DNA of 63,432 nt, the filler included, from Chiloscyllium plagiosum (Eukaryota), in NCBI RefSeq assembly GCF_004010195.1. It is 5 parts of one record of this genome, joined end to end, with 100 filler letters (N's around TTAATTAATTAA, not from the genome) between each part and the next. Parts side by side here need not be neighbours in the genome. Positions count along the whole stretch, not along the records: positions 22,846 to 36,618 come from NC_057717.1; positions 36,719 to 53,410 come from NC_057717.1; 3 more parts are not named here. One strand, 5' to 3'. The notes beneath the pieces are model-generated. The model ran no database searches, was not told the origin of the DNA, and was given only the letters and a program-made list of their open reading frames with translations. A program made the position numbers and the translations under genes. Shown piece after piece: positions 26,064-37,185 of the stretch (positions are counted from its first letter, which is position 1; each line of letters begins with the position of its first letter).

Positions 26064-26736
26064 TGTTGTGGAGAAACTATAGAGAACCACCAGGAGACGC
26101 AGAGAGTTCTTCAAGAAATAGGTATTTTATTTGCAAACAAAAAACTGTGACACTGAGAAAGCAGATTCTCGAATGCCCCCGAAACTCGGGGTCCGTGGAT
26201 TTCTATATCATTTTTTATCATGTTTTTGTGAGCTTATCAGCATGTCCAACTATCTTAATCAAAGTACCTCACTCTAGCTACACAATAAACCAGTGATGTT
26301 AGTTCCCATTATCTCTTTAATTGTACATTCTAATGTCATGATTAGATATATATTGCTCACTGTGCTGCAGTGATCTTCCATTGCAGAATAACCTGTCATG
26401 ATAGATATTTAGCTATTCCATCTATTACAATAGTCTCCTGTCACACGCTGACTCTACTAACTATTAATTAGATATTTTAATGTAATGTCCCAAATATTTA
26501 CGGTCCCAATCCTGTCATAATAACACTTAACAGAGAAACTTGCTTTATTATTTGTGTTATCTCATCTGGCCGTAGTGACCTTTCAGGCATAACCACTCTG
26601 TTAACTGGTGTAAGAATGTTCCACCATGGTTATCCCATCCTGTGTTCCACAGACCACAGATTCCCAGTGGTCTTCATGCTTTAACCCTTCCTATGCTTTA
26701 TGGTCTTTAATTTCCATCGACCTCACTCCAACAACA
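26064..26736 (-). mobile_element. Solo LTR (ERV-like), 673 bp
   Basis: Termini TGTTGTGGAG...CTCCAACAACA; 4-bp flanks GTAC/ATAC; TATA-like box and AATAAA on the minus strand. Confidence 0.8.
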
Positions 26737-26819
26737 ATACCATTCGTTAATTAAACAGGATGGAAGACAGCACCAATTCTCAGGAAATGTTTTACTGTTT
26801 CTGTTTTTGTTAAAACGCT

Positions 26820-27105
26820 TGGGCGGTGTGCTGGCTCAGTCAGGAGACTGTCTGTGTGGAGTTTGCACATTCACCCTGTGTCTGCGTGGGTTTCTTCCCA
26901 CAGCCCAAAGATGTGCAGTTGAGGTGAATTGGCCGTTCTAACTTGCACAGAGTGTTCAGGGATGTGTAAGTTAGGTGCATGAAACAGCGGTAAAATGTAG
27001 AGTAATGGGGTAGGAGAATGAGTCTGGGTGGCTTGCTCTTTGGAGGTTCAGTGTGGACTTGTTGGGCCGAAGGGCCTGTTGCCACACTGGATTGATTCTA
27101 TGATT
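26820..27105 (+). mobile_element. HE1-like SINE with internally deleted head (mirror 31547-31828, minus)
   Basis: V-domain gtgtggagtttgcacattc and tail gtggacttgttgggccgaagggcctg. Confidence 0.85.
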
Positions 27106-27446
27106 TTTTAAAGGAAATAATAGATTATCCGGTCACTACCACAGATTGTATTGGAATTTCTTGAGTTTAAAGTTGCTATCTAATGGCAGGTCTGTCTCTG
27201 TTGTTGTGAAAGACAGCACCTGAACGGATTTGCTCGGTGTGCAAACCAGTGTGTTGATGTTGCCCACTTACCTCTGAGTTGGATACCAGAATGTTGCACA
27301 TTCTCCGCGTTTCTGCATGGGTTTCGTCCTGGTGCTCCGGTTTCCTCCCACAGTCCAAAGATGTGTAGTTCAGGTGGATTGGTCAACTAAATTGCCTATC
27401 GTGTTCGGTGCATTAGTCAGAGGGAAATTGGCCTGGGTGGGTTACT

Positions 27447-27736
27447 CTGTCTCGGTGACATCATCAGTGCTTGGGAGCCTCCTGTGAAGCGCTTCTGTGA
27501 TCTTTCCTCCGGCATTTGTAGTGGTTTGAATCTGCCACTTCCGGTTGTCAGTTCCGGGACCGGCAGATTCAAACCATTACAAATGCCGGGGGAAAGATCA
27601 CAGAAGCGCTTCACAGGAGGCTCCCACGCACTGAGGATGTCACCTAGACAGGGTATGAAACGTCTGCAACACAAATTCCCAGCTCGGTGAACAGAACCAC
27701 AACGAGCACCCGAGCTGCAAATCTTCTCACAAACTT
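27447..27736 (+). mobile_element. Penelope-like 3' terminal fragment with a 5' inverted segment, a hammerhead motif and a 9-bp TSD
   Basis: TSD TGGGTTACT at 27438-27446 and 27737-27745; single copy at the mirror site ~31201-31209. 27447-27536 is the reverse complement of 27562-27651. CTGAGGA...GAAACGTC at 27631-27664. Confidence 0.85.
27628..27667 (+). ncRNA. Minimal type I hammerhead ribozyme motif (stem II weakened)
   Basis: GCA-CTGAGGA-TGTCACC-TAGACA-GGGTAT-GAAA-CG-TC-TGC: CUGAnGA and GAAA core, GUC cleavage triplet, GCA/TGC stem I. Confidence 0.6.
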
Positions 27737-28318
27737 TGGGTTACTTTCCAGAGGGTCGGAGTGGACTGGTTAGGTCAAATGTCCTGTTTCCACACTGTAG
27801 GGAATCTAATCTATTTATGACATAACATAATACATAGTAATCCGAGATTGACCAAGTTCTGAATTTATTGTTACAATGTTTAGAGACTGTCACCTATAAG
27901 CCCATCTCTCGTCAACTGGTCTGTTGAATTTCACTCATGTTTTGCTAGATATGCCAAGTGGGAGGTTTCTCAGTGACATCTTAATTAGGTTACTCCGAAG
28001 TCCAAGCCTTCAAACAATAAAGTGTTCCTTTGAGATTGAATTTAAAGGTGTTTCTCTGCAAATGGCCAGACTCAAAATGATCACAGCAGATTCAGCCTTC
28101 ACTTCACAGCAAAGTATCACCTTCCTTTAAATGGCAACATACATCATCTTAAAAGCTAAGGAAATAATTGTGACTTTCAATAAATACTTCCAGTAACTAA
28201 CATAATCCAAGAAATAATGCACACCTTCTCATATTTTTTACTCGAATTGTTAAGATAAGACTATTATAAAGTTGTTTAAAACAGGGAACTGCAATTACAT
28301 TAACATTGCACTGACTAA

Positions 28319-28907
28319 TGTTATGGACAAGGCTAGACCACTCACAACATTCTTAAGCAGGCATCCCAGAACATAACTTTGCAGTTTGTTTCGATAAGTG
28401 TACAGTGAAAATTACCTGGAGTAAGATAGCTAGGTTGACTACTAGATTTTAAACAGGCAAAATCATTATTCACAAAATTACACAAACAATAAAGAACCCC
28501 TACAGAACACAACCTATCTAGCTAGACTTAATTATGCTGTTCCGAGTACAACAGTTCCAATGTTAAAAACCAGTATCAATGCTTCAAGTTGAAGTTGGAG
28601 GGCAGAAAAGAGAGTTTCTACACAGCCCCCTGTTGAACTTTGCATACATGCTCGGCTTAGCTCAGGTAAAGGGCTGACCACTGCCCTTTCATTATGTAGG
28701 TGACTTGTCAAGCATGATCACTTTGGCCTGAAGGCTCATCTGTTTACATGTAAACAAAAGGCCTCTTAAAATCCTTTTTATCTCTGTACCACACCAGACT
28801 GATTGGAGCCTGAACTCCCCTCCACCCCTCCAAACAAAAAAATCAAGGACAGAGTCTCCTTGAGCCAAGGAACAGCTTTTAGATAAAAATGGACTAGCTT
28901 TGTGACA
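28319..28907. mobile_element. Solo LTR (Gypsy-like), 589 bp, with perfect 4-bp TSD
   Basis: TGTTA...TGACA termini; CTAA at 28315-28318 and 28908-28911. Truncated mirror copy at 30363-30625. Confidence 0.85.
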
Positions 28908-29832
28908 CTAAAGTCCAAATTTTTGTTTCAAATGCAATCCCACTGTCTCTGATTCCAGATAGTAGCTTTAATTTGGACCCTTGCCAAGTCTAACCTCAAT
29001 CTTCCAATGTGAAGTCAGCAAACAATCATGCTGCAAGGTCTTGCTTCTTTCTGCAGAAGGACTGCAGTAGTTATTGGGGAGCCAGGTAGAGGAAGCCTAA
29101 TCCAGACTGCTTAATTCACCAGACGTTGTGCAGTTTATATACCGGTGTAATTAATTTCTGCTCACAACGTTTAGAATTCAGTCCTCAGTTATAATCAATG
29201 TGATATTTGTTCTATTTATTCAGTCTCATTCAACTATGAACGGTTCATCACAGCTTCTCCCAAGAATTGAGATACAATGTCAGGACAATACGCTTTTCCC
29301 AAAGTTATTAAGGTTAGAGGGAATGCAGTGAATTGTCACTTTGCTTCAGCACCTGTCAAAACAAGTTGTCACCTACTCCTTTTCCAAATGCACACACTTT
29401 TGTTCCACACGCAAATCTCTTTACTTCACCAAAATCATTTTTCTTGTTTCATATTATCTATTTTTAAAAAACATTACACATTCTGGACAAGATGGATTTT
29501 GGCCTTCATTGATGCAGCAACATTCTATAATTTAAAATCAGCTTTCAGGGGAATATCCATAATGGTTTGAACTCACACCAAGTATAGCACAATAGTGTCT
29601 GCTGTTCAAATCTTTTTTTTAAATCCTGCGCTAACATGCCTCAGCAATGTGTAGCTTTTCCACTGCATTGTGTCTTGTGGACTCAAGTGAGACCGTCAAT
29701 CAAGAAGTACACAGTGGGATTTAGGTAAAGTAGTGTTACTTCTGCAATCATAATTACAAATGCAAGGTAAATGAACTCACACCAATGTATAATTAATTCA
29801 ACCAAGAGTTGAGTCAACAAGAATGAAAACTA

Positions 29833-30362
29833 TGTGAAGGAAATATATAATTGTTTTTGTGTTAGCTAGAATGTGCATACAAGAATGAAACGTGCCTGCA
29901 AACAATGGTAGATGTTACAGACAAATAGATAAGGTGCTGTGAGGGTGTAGATTAAGCCAGATATGCCTGTACAAACAGTAGTTATACGCATCTGCAAAAA
30001 CAAAAACAAACCCCAATTAAAAGGTCATAAAGCTCAATATGGATGAGGAATGGGAGGAAATGTGACAAGTAAGGGGAAACAGATGGCAGTGAAGGAGGAT
30101 ATACCTAACAATGGACCACAGAAGGATGTGAAATGGCAGAGTAAAACTTGTACTTTGCTATGCACAAGGCCGGATAAGGCAAGAGATAAACAATAGTAAT
30201 GAGCACTGGGTTGGGAGTAGTGAATCCTACATAAGATATGTACTTGCTAAACTCTGGGTGCCTTACTTCAGCCACGCTTACAAGCGTATAATAAACATAC
30301 TGATTGCTTCAGATCTCGTCTCGGACTGAAATTATTGAAGTGAGTGAGCTTTGTTTCTCACA
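29833..30362 (+). mobile_element. Solo LTR (ERV-like), ~530 bp, without matching TSD
   Basis: TGTGA...TCACA termini; TATA-like cataagat at ~30230 and AATAAA at ~30290 followed by a U5-like segment; flanks ACTA vs CACT. Confidence 0.65.
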
Positions 30363-31912
30363 CACTGATACTGGTTTTTAATATTGGAACTGTTGTACTC
30401 GGAACAGCATGATAAAGTCGAGCTGGATAGGTTGTGTTCTGTAGGGGTTCTTTGTTCTTTGTGTAATTTTGTGAATAAGGTTTTTGTCTGTTTAAAATCT
30501 AGTCATCAACCTAGCTATCTTACTCCAAGTAATTTTCACTGTACACATATCGAAGTAAATTGCAAAGTTATGCTCTGGGCTGCGTGCTTAAGAATGTTGT
30601 AAGTGGTCTAGCCTAGTCCACAACATTAGTCAGTGCAATGTTAATGTAATTGCAGTTCCCTAAGTTTTAAACAACTTTATAATAGTCTTAGCTTGACAGT
30701 TGCAGTAAAAATTATGAGAAGGTATGCATTATTTATTGGATTATGTTAGTTACTGGAAGTATTTATTGAAAGTAACAATTATTTCCTTAGCTTTTAAGAT
30801 GACGTATATTCCCATTTAAAGGCAGATGATACTTTGCTGTGAAGTGAAGGCTGAATCTGCTGTGATCATTTTGAGTATGGCCATATGCAGAGGAACACCT
30901 TTAAATTCAATCTCAAAGGAAGACTTTATTGTTTGAGGGCTTGGACTTCGGAGTAACCTAATTATGATGTCAGTGAGCAACTTCCCACTTGGGATATCTA
31001 GCAAAACATGAGTGAAATTCAACAGACCAGTTGACGAGAGATGGGCACATAGGTGATAGTCTCTAAACATTGTAACAATAAATTCAGAACTTGGTCAGTC
31101 TCAGATTACTATGTATTATGTTATGTCATAAATAGATTAGATTCCCGACAGTGTGGAAACAGGACATTTGACCTAACCAGTCCACTCCGACCCGCTGGAA
31201 AGTAACCCACCCAGATCAATTTCCCTCTGACTAATGCACCTAACACAATAGGCAATTGAGCATGACCAATCCACCTGACCTACACATCTTTGGACTGTGG
31301 GAGGAAACCGGAGCACCAGGACGAAACCCATGCAGAAACGCGGAGAATGTGCAACATTCTGGTGTCCAACTCAGAGCTAAGTGGGCAACATTAACACACT
31401 GGTTTGCACACCGAGCAAAACCTTTCAGGTGCTGACTTTCACAACAACAGAGACAGACCTGCCATTAGATAGCAACTTTAAACTCAAGAAACTCCAATAC
31501 AATCTGTGGTAGTAACCGGATAATCTATTATTTCCTTTAAAAAAATCATAGAATCAATCCAGTGTGGCAACAGGTCCTTCGGCCCAACAAGTCCACACTG
31601 AACCTCCAAAGAGCAAGCCACCCAAACCCATTCTCCTACCCCATTACTCCACATTTTACCGCTGTTTAATGCACCTAACTTACACATCCCTGAACACTCT
31701 GTGCAAGTTAGAACGGCCAATTCACCTCAACTGCACATCTTTGAGATGTGGGAGGAAACCCACGCAGACACGGGGTGAATGTGCAAACTCCACACAGACA
31801 GTCTCCTGACTGAGCCAGCACACCGCCCAAGCGTTTTAACAAAAACAGAAACAGTAAAACACTTCATGAGAATTGGTGCTGTCTTCCATCCTGTTTAACT
31901 AACGAATGGTAT

Positions 31913-32588
31913 TGTTGTTGGAGTGAGATCGATGGAAAATAAAGACCATTAAAACATGGGAAGGGTTAAAGCATGAAGACCACTGGGAATCTGTGGTCTG
32001 TGGAACACAGGATGGGATAACCATGGTGAAACATTCTTACACCAATTAGCAGAGTAAGGGTATGGCTGAAAGGTCACTACGGCCAGATGAGATAACACAA
32101 GTAATAAAGCAAGTTTCTCTGTTAAGTGTTATTATGACAGGATTGGGACCGTAAATATTTGGGACATCACATTAAAATATCTAATTAATAGTTAGGAGAG
32201 TCAGCTTGAGACAGGAGACTATTGTAATAGGTGGAATAGCTAAATATCTATCATGACAGGTTATTCTGCAATGGAAGATCACTGCAGCACAGTGAGCAAT
32301 ATATATCTAATCATGACATTAGAATGTACAATTAAAGAGATAATGGGAACTAACATCACTGGTTTATTGTGTAGCTAGAGTGAGGTACTTTGATTAAGAT
32401 AGTTGGACATGCTGATAAGCTCACAGAAACATGATAAAAAATGATATAAAAATCCATGGACCCCGAGTTCCGGGGGCAATCGAGAATCTGCTTTCTCAAT
32501 GTCACAGTTTTTTGTTTGCAAATAAAATACCAATTTCTTGAAGAAATCTCTGCGTCTCCTGGTGGTTCTCTATAGTTTCTCCACAGCA
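31913..32588 (+). mobile_element. Solo LTR, mirror of 26064-26736
   Basis: TG...CA termini, flanks GTAT/GTAC, TATAAAA at ~32445, AATAAA at 32521. Confidence 0.8.
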
Positions 32589-34489
32589 GTACCTGACCCA
32601 GTAATGCAGGGCCCTGGTCTCTATCTCCGTTTCTCTCTCTCAGTCTCTCACATATGCACACGCACGCACGCACAGGGTTACTGAGGGACAATGAATGAAA
32701 GAATAATAGATGCATTTTCAAATATTAAAGCTCCGTTAAACAACCCTGGGATGGGTTGATGGGGACAGTGTAGAGGGAGATTTACTCTGCATCTAACCCT
32801 GTTCTGACCCTGCCCTGGGAGGGGTTGATCGGGATACAGTAAAGGGAGCTTTACTGTATATCTAACCCCATCCTGTCCCTGACTTGGGAGGGGTTGACAG
32901 TGTCAGTGCAGGCAGATCGTTATTTTGGAACATAGGAACAGGAGGAGGCCATTCACCCCCTCAAGCCTGTTCCATCATTCAATGGGATCATGACTGATCT
33001 GTGGCCTAACTCCACATTCCTTCCTTTGGCTCATATCCCTCAATATCTTCAATGAACAAAAATGTATCTCTCTCCGATTTAACCTGAACAACTGATCCAG
33101 CATCGACTGCTGTTTGTGGAAGAGAGTGCCAAACCTCTCCCACCCTTAGTGTGTCAAAGTGCTTCCTACCATTTCTCCTGAACGCTCTGGGCCCTCCTTC
33201 TCAGACTCTGCTCCCTCTCAGTCTAGAATCTCTAACCAATGGGAATCGTTGATCTTGATCGATTCTGTTTATACCTTGAAGGCTTTGATCAGATCACCCC
33301 TTAACTTTCTCAATTCTGGAGGAAAACGGCCTCATTTTTCTAGTGTCCCTCAGAACGTAACCCCTGAGGTTCAGGATCATTCTTGTCAACCTCCTTTGTG
33401 CTCCCTCTCTGTACTCCAACCTGATACCCACATACTTGCTGACACTGAACTCCATCTCAACACAGCTTTGCCCATTCACCCAGTCTATCAATATCCCTTT
33501 GTAATGTTAAGGTACCATCTGCACTGTCTACAATGCTGCCTAACATTGTAAGTCACCCCGTGCTGTCCCTATCCTGTGTGTGTTTGATAGGAACAGTGTA
33601 GAGGGATCTACACTCTGTATCTAACCCCAGGCTGTACACTTCCAGGGAGTATTCGATGCAGAGAATGTGGAGGGAGATTTACTCTGTATCTAGCCCCATG
33701 TTGTCTCTACCCTGGGAATGAATATGCCATTGGCTCAGAGATAGGAGACAGGATAGAGGGGAATGTGGGTTTCAGACTGGAGGGAGCGTTCAAGTTGGGA
33801 GCTGTTTTCAGTAAAAGGCAATTGATCCCAGGTCACCACAGAGTGTAATAAACCAATGCCTTTCCCTCACTATCCTCCTCCAATCCCTGGTAAGGTCTGC
33901 TCCCACACCATCTTCCATCCCAACTGAGGACTGTGTTAGATACATTAATACATTGGCGATGGGCAGGGGTGCTTTTAAACCTGGGATCTTGCTGTGTAAC
34001 TTGCCCTTCAAAATGCTTACGCTCCCCCTTTCAAGTAATCTATTCTCTCTTTTATCCCGAGGAATCTTTGTTGGGAAACCTGCAACGTGAAGATCCAAAA
34101 TGTTCAGGCCGAGGACAGCCTTGGACAAGAACAACCTCCAGAGGGGGAGCACGGGCCTGAGACCTGAGGCCTGGTCGACAGGCTGCACCCCGTGGGGGCC
34201 CACGTGAGTTGTGTGTTTATTTACCCCGAGGTTTAATCTCCTCTGGGGGACCCTGGGTTTTAGGGGCCTCTGGGTAACTGGCTCCTGTCAGATTGGGGCC
34301 CTGTTGTTTTTAAAACAGATTTGAAGCCTGGGGTTAAAGTAACCGGGGCCCTGGGATTTGACACAAACACATCAATTCCCAGTGAGTGTCTGACAGACAG
34401 GACTTCCCAAGGAGGGAATTAAAACCTTAAATGAGAAACTCCCTCCAAACGCTTGTTCTAATATCAGAATAATGATACTTCTAGGAGGG

Positions 34490-36240
34490 GATCTCTCAGT
34501 CTCTCTCTCTCTCTCTGCACTCCCCTCTCACACCCTCCCCAACTTTCTTTTATTGATTTTTCAAACAAATAAAACCGTCCCACACACAGCAATGTGACTC
34601 GGGGGTATTTGAAGTGGGGAGATGGAAATATTTCGCAGCACGAGGTGATTGTTTTTGAGACAAAGGGGTAAAAAAAACACAAGATCCACAGAGAGAGAGA
34701 GAGAGAGAGAGAGGGAAGGAGGGAGCGATAGAGGGATAAGATGTGTCTTTGTAGCTGGGCTGGGAAAGGGAGACAGGATCTGGGGGAGGGGGGAGAGAAT
34801 GGGGCTCTCCAATATCCCATCACAGCCCAGCTCCAATCACTTCCTTCTAGAAAGTAACATCCGCAAAATTAAATCCTGGGATGGAGGAGGTGATTCTTTA
34901 AACAAGATTCCCAAAGAAATCCACAGCCTCCTGTCGGATGTAAAGTGGAATTTGAGCACATTCTGTAGCACGAAAGGAACTACCCTGTGGGATCGCTCTG
35001 TGCATCAATGGCCCATCCTGTGACTTGTCGTTGTTTTAATGGAGAGGGGTGTGGAGGACAGGATGTGGGATTCCAGGCAGGGAGAGACAGACAGAGAGAG
35101 AATCATGATCAGCAACTGGATTTGGAAAGTGCTGGTATTATTGGGATCTTGCTGTGTTAAAATTACAGGGGGCGGGGCATTTTGCTTGTGGAGCGGTTGT
35201 TGCTGGGGAATGGCACTAGATCTTCCAGTGGGCAAAGAAGAGGAAATACCCCAGGTACGCCACACCTGGCTGCCTGTGGGATCTTGCTGTGCGCCCTCAG
35301 CCTGCCTTTTGCCCCTTACACAACACAGGAGCCTGTCAATAGGGCCCAGGCTCCGTTTTCTGATGGTCTGATAGTGGATGAGGTGTATCATCCCTCCTTT
35401 CCCCAGCCCAGACCCCTCCACCTCTCCTCACCCTCCCCCCACAATGAGATAGTGACGGGGCTAATGTCTACAGGACAGGGCGGGGAGATGGGAACACACT
35501 TTAAATGGGAGGGAGGGAGGGGAGGGCATTTCAATCTGAACATAGGGGGAATGGAGAGAAAGAGAGACACAGAGACACCAATCCTTTCTCTACAGCAGGA
35601 GGAAGCTGAGCAGAGAGATGGAGCGGGGATAGGGACAGGGAGAGAGGGGAGAGAGAGGTGAGGAGGAGAGAGAATGAGATAGGGACACAGATGGAAGGAG
35701 TGAAGGAGAGAGAGAGTGTGTGAGGGAAGGAGGGAGAGAGGAAGTGAAGCAGCTGGAGGGGGCAGGTTAAACATTGAGGGAGGGACACGATCCAGGCTCT
35801 GAGACTGACTCCCTTCCATCGAGTCACTGCATTGAGTCTCCCCCAGGGTCAGTCGGAAAGCATTTACCCCCTGGGTCCCAGTGAAATCTGTTCCCATTCT
35901 CTGGGTTTAAAACCAGAGGGAAGTGCTGATAAAATGGGGAGCTTTGGGAAGTCACTCAGTGATGGGATTTTGTTTGTTTTTCTTGTTTTTTGATTCAAAA
36001 GATCTTGGCTCTAATTTAATCAACTCCCATCTCTCTCTCTCCCTCTCTCTCTCTCTCCCTCCCTCACATCACCAACCCCGGGATTTTCTCTCTCTCTGTC
36101 TGTCTCCGTTTCTCTGTCCCTAATCTTGTTTGTGTTCTCTCCCCACCTTGGTATCTCTGTCTGTATTTCTCACTCTCTCTCTCTCTCTATCTCTCTATCT
36201 GTCTCTAGGCCCCCACCCTCCCTCCCTATCCTCCTGTCCC
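34490..36240. repeat. Purine/pyrimidine-biased low-complexity region with (GA)n/(CT)n tracts
   Basis: (CT)n ~34500, (GA)n 34689-34712, G/A-rich 35500-35760, (CT)n 36030-36200. Confidence 0.85.
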
Positions 36241-36859
36241 TGGGGGAGATTTGTACTCAGTATCATGTGGCGTTGCATGTATCATTAACACAGTGGGATC
36301 TTGCTGTTCCCTGGGTCTCCTGTTGTTGTCCAAACTGTGGGGTGGGGGGAAATAAAGCCCCATTCTCAGTGAAGGGCGGGGTGGGGCAGGGGAAGTCTGG
36401 GGGCTGGGATCTTGCTGTGCATGAAGACACACACAGTCGAATGGCCGGTCAGTCTCTGCACATACTCCCTGTGCCCCCCACCCCAGGGACACAGCGAGGA
36501 GTGGGGGTGGTGAGCGAGGGTGGGGGCATTGTACACATTGGAGACACAGAGGGGGCTTTTATACAGAGATGGGGGAGTATGGATAGAGGGGATAGAGTAT
36601 GGATAGAGTATGGATCGTNNNNNNNNNNNNNNNNNNNNNNNNNNNNNNNNNNNNNNNNNNNNTTAATTAATTAANNNNNNNNNNNNNNNNNNNNNNNNNN
36701 NNNNNNNNNNNNNNNNNNTTTCTGTGCAGTCTGTGGGAAAGCTCTATAACTGCTGTCACAAGCTCCCAGATGTTAGGAAGGAGATCTGTGCAGGATGACA
36801 GGGCTGTATTTCCCATTCCCCTTTCTAATGCCGAGGCTGAGGCCGGGTATACTGTTCAA

Positions 36860-37185
36860 GTTTATCCTTTACGACCCGGAGCAGCTTGATACAATTGAGT
36901 GCCTTGCTTGGCCGATTCAGAGACCATTGAAGAGTGTATCATATGTCTGTGTGCCTGTGGTCACTTTTAGGCCAGACCAGGAAAGCACGGGAGATTCACT
37001 TCCTGAAAGTACATTGGGGAAAGAAATTGGTGTTTACAATCGACATTGGCTTCAAGGTCACTGTTACTGACGCCAGGTTTTACATCTCGATATTTTATTA
37101 ATTGTTATTAACTTCCACCAGCTGCCAGATCATTAGCCTGGTCTGGAATAGTAATCCAGTGACATTACCACAACAGCACCATCTC
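36860..37185 (-). mobile_element. SINE-like element (mirror 52865-53150, plus); related copies at 43590-43950(+), 46187-46510(-) and 56930-57270(+)
   Basis: Shared body gtaat.tcactggattact.atccagaccaggctaatgct...ctggtctggccta. The 43590 copy ends with a tail resembling the LINE 3' end at 19860-19925. Confidence 0.6.

Larger units (their letters stand above)
27290..27812 (+). mobile_element. 5'-truncated HE1-like SINE interrupted by a Penelope-like insertion (uninterrupted mirror 31135-31360)
   Basis: V-domain at 27292-27360; tail ctgtttccacactgtagggaatctaatct at 27784-27812. Confidence 0.85.
24085..34182. repeat. Large inverted duplication (palindrome P2): arms ~24085-28581 and ~30363-34182, with a ~1.8-kb spacer
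   Basis: Mirrored ORFs 25931-26296(+)/32356-32721(-), 26840-27085(-)/31564-31809(+) and 27924-28130(+)/30816-31070(-). Outer ends cctgtcgaccaggcctcagg / cctgaggcctggtcgacagg. Roughly 5% divergence by eye. Confidence 0.95.

Noticed and set aside
25931..26296. 121-aa ORF with an apparent signal peptide, duplicated at 32356-32721
   Set aside because: Non-ATG start; most of it lies antisense within a solo LTR.
34090..34125. NVQAEDS resembling an immunoglobulin V framework 3
   Set aside because: No YYC motif, no V-domain Trp/Cys pattern, and no heptamer-nonamer RSS pair nearby.
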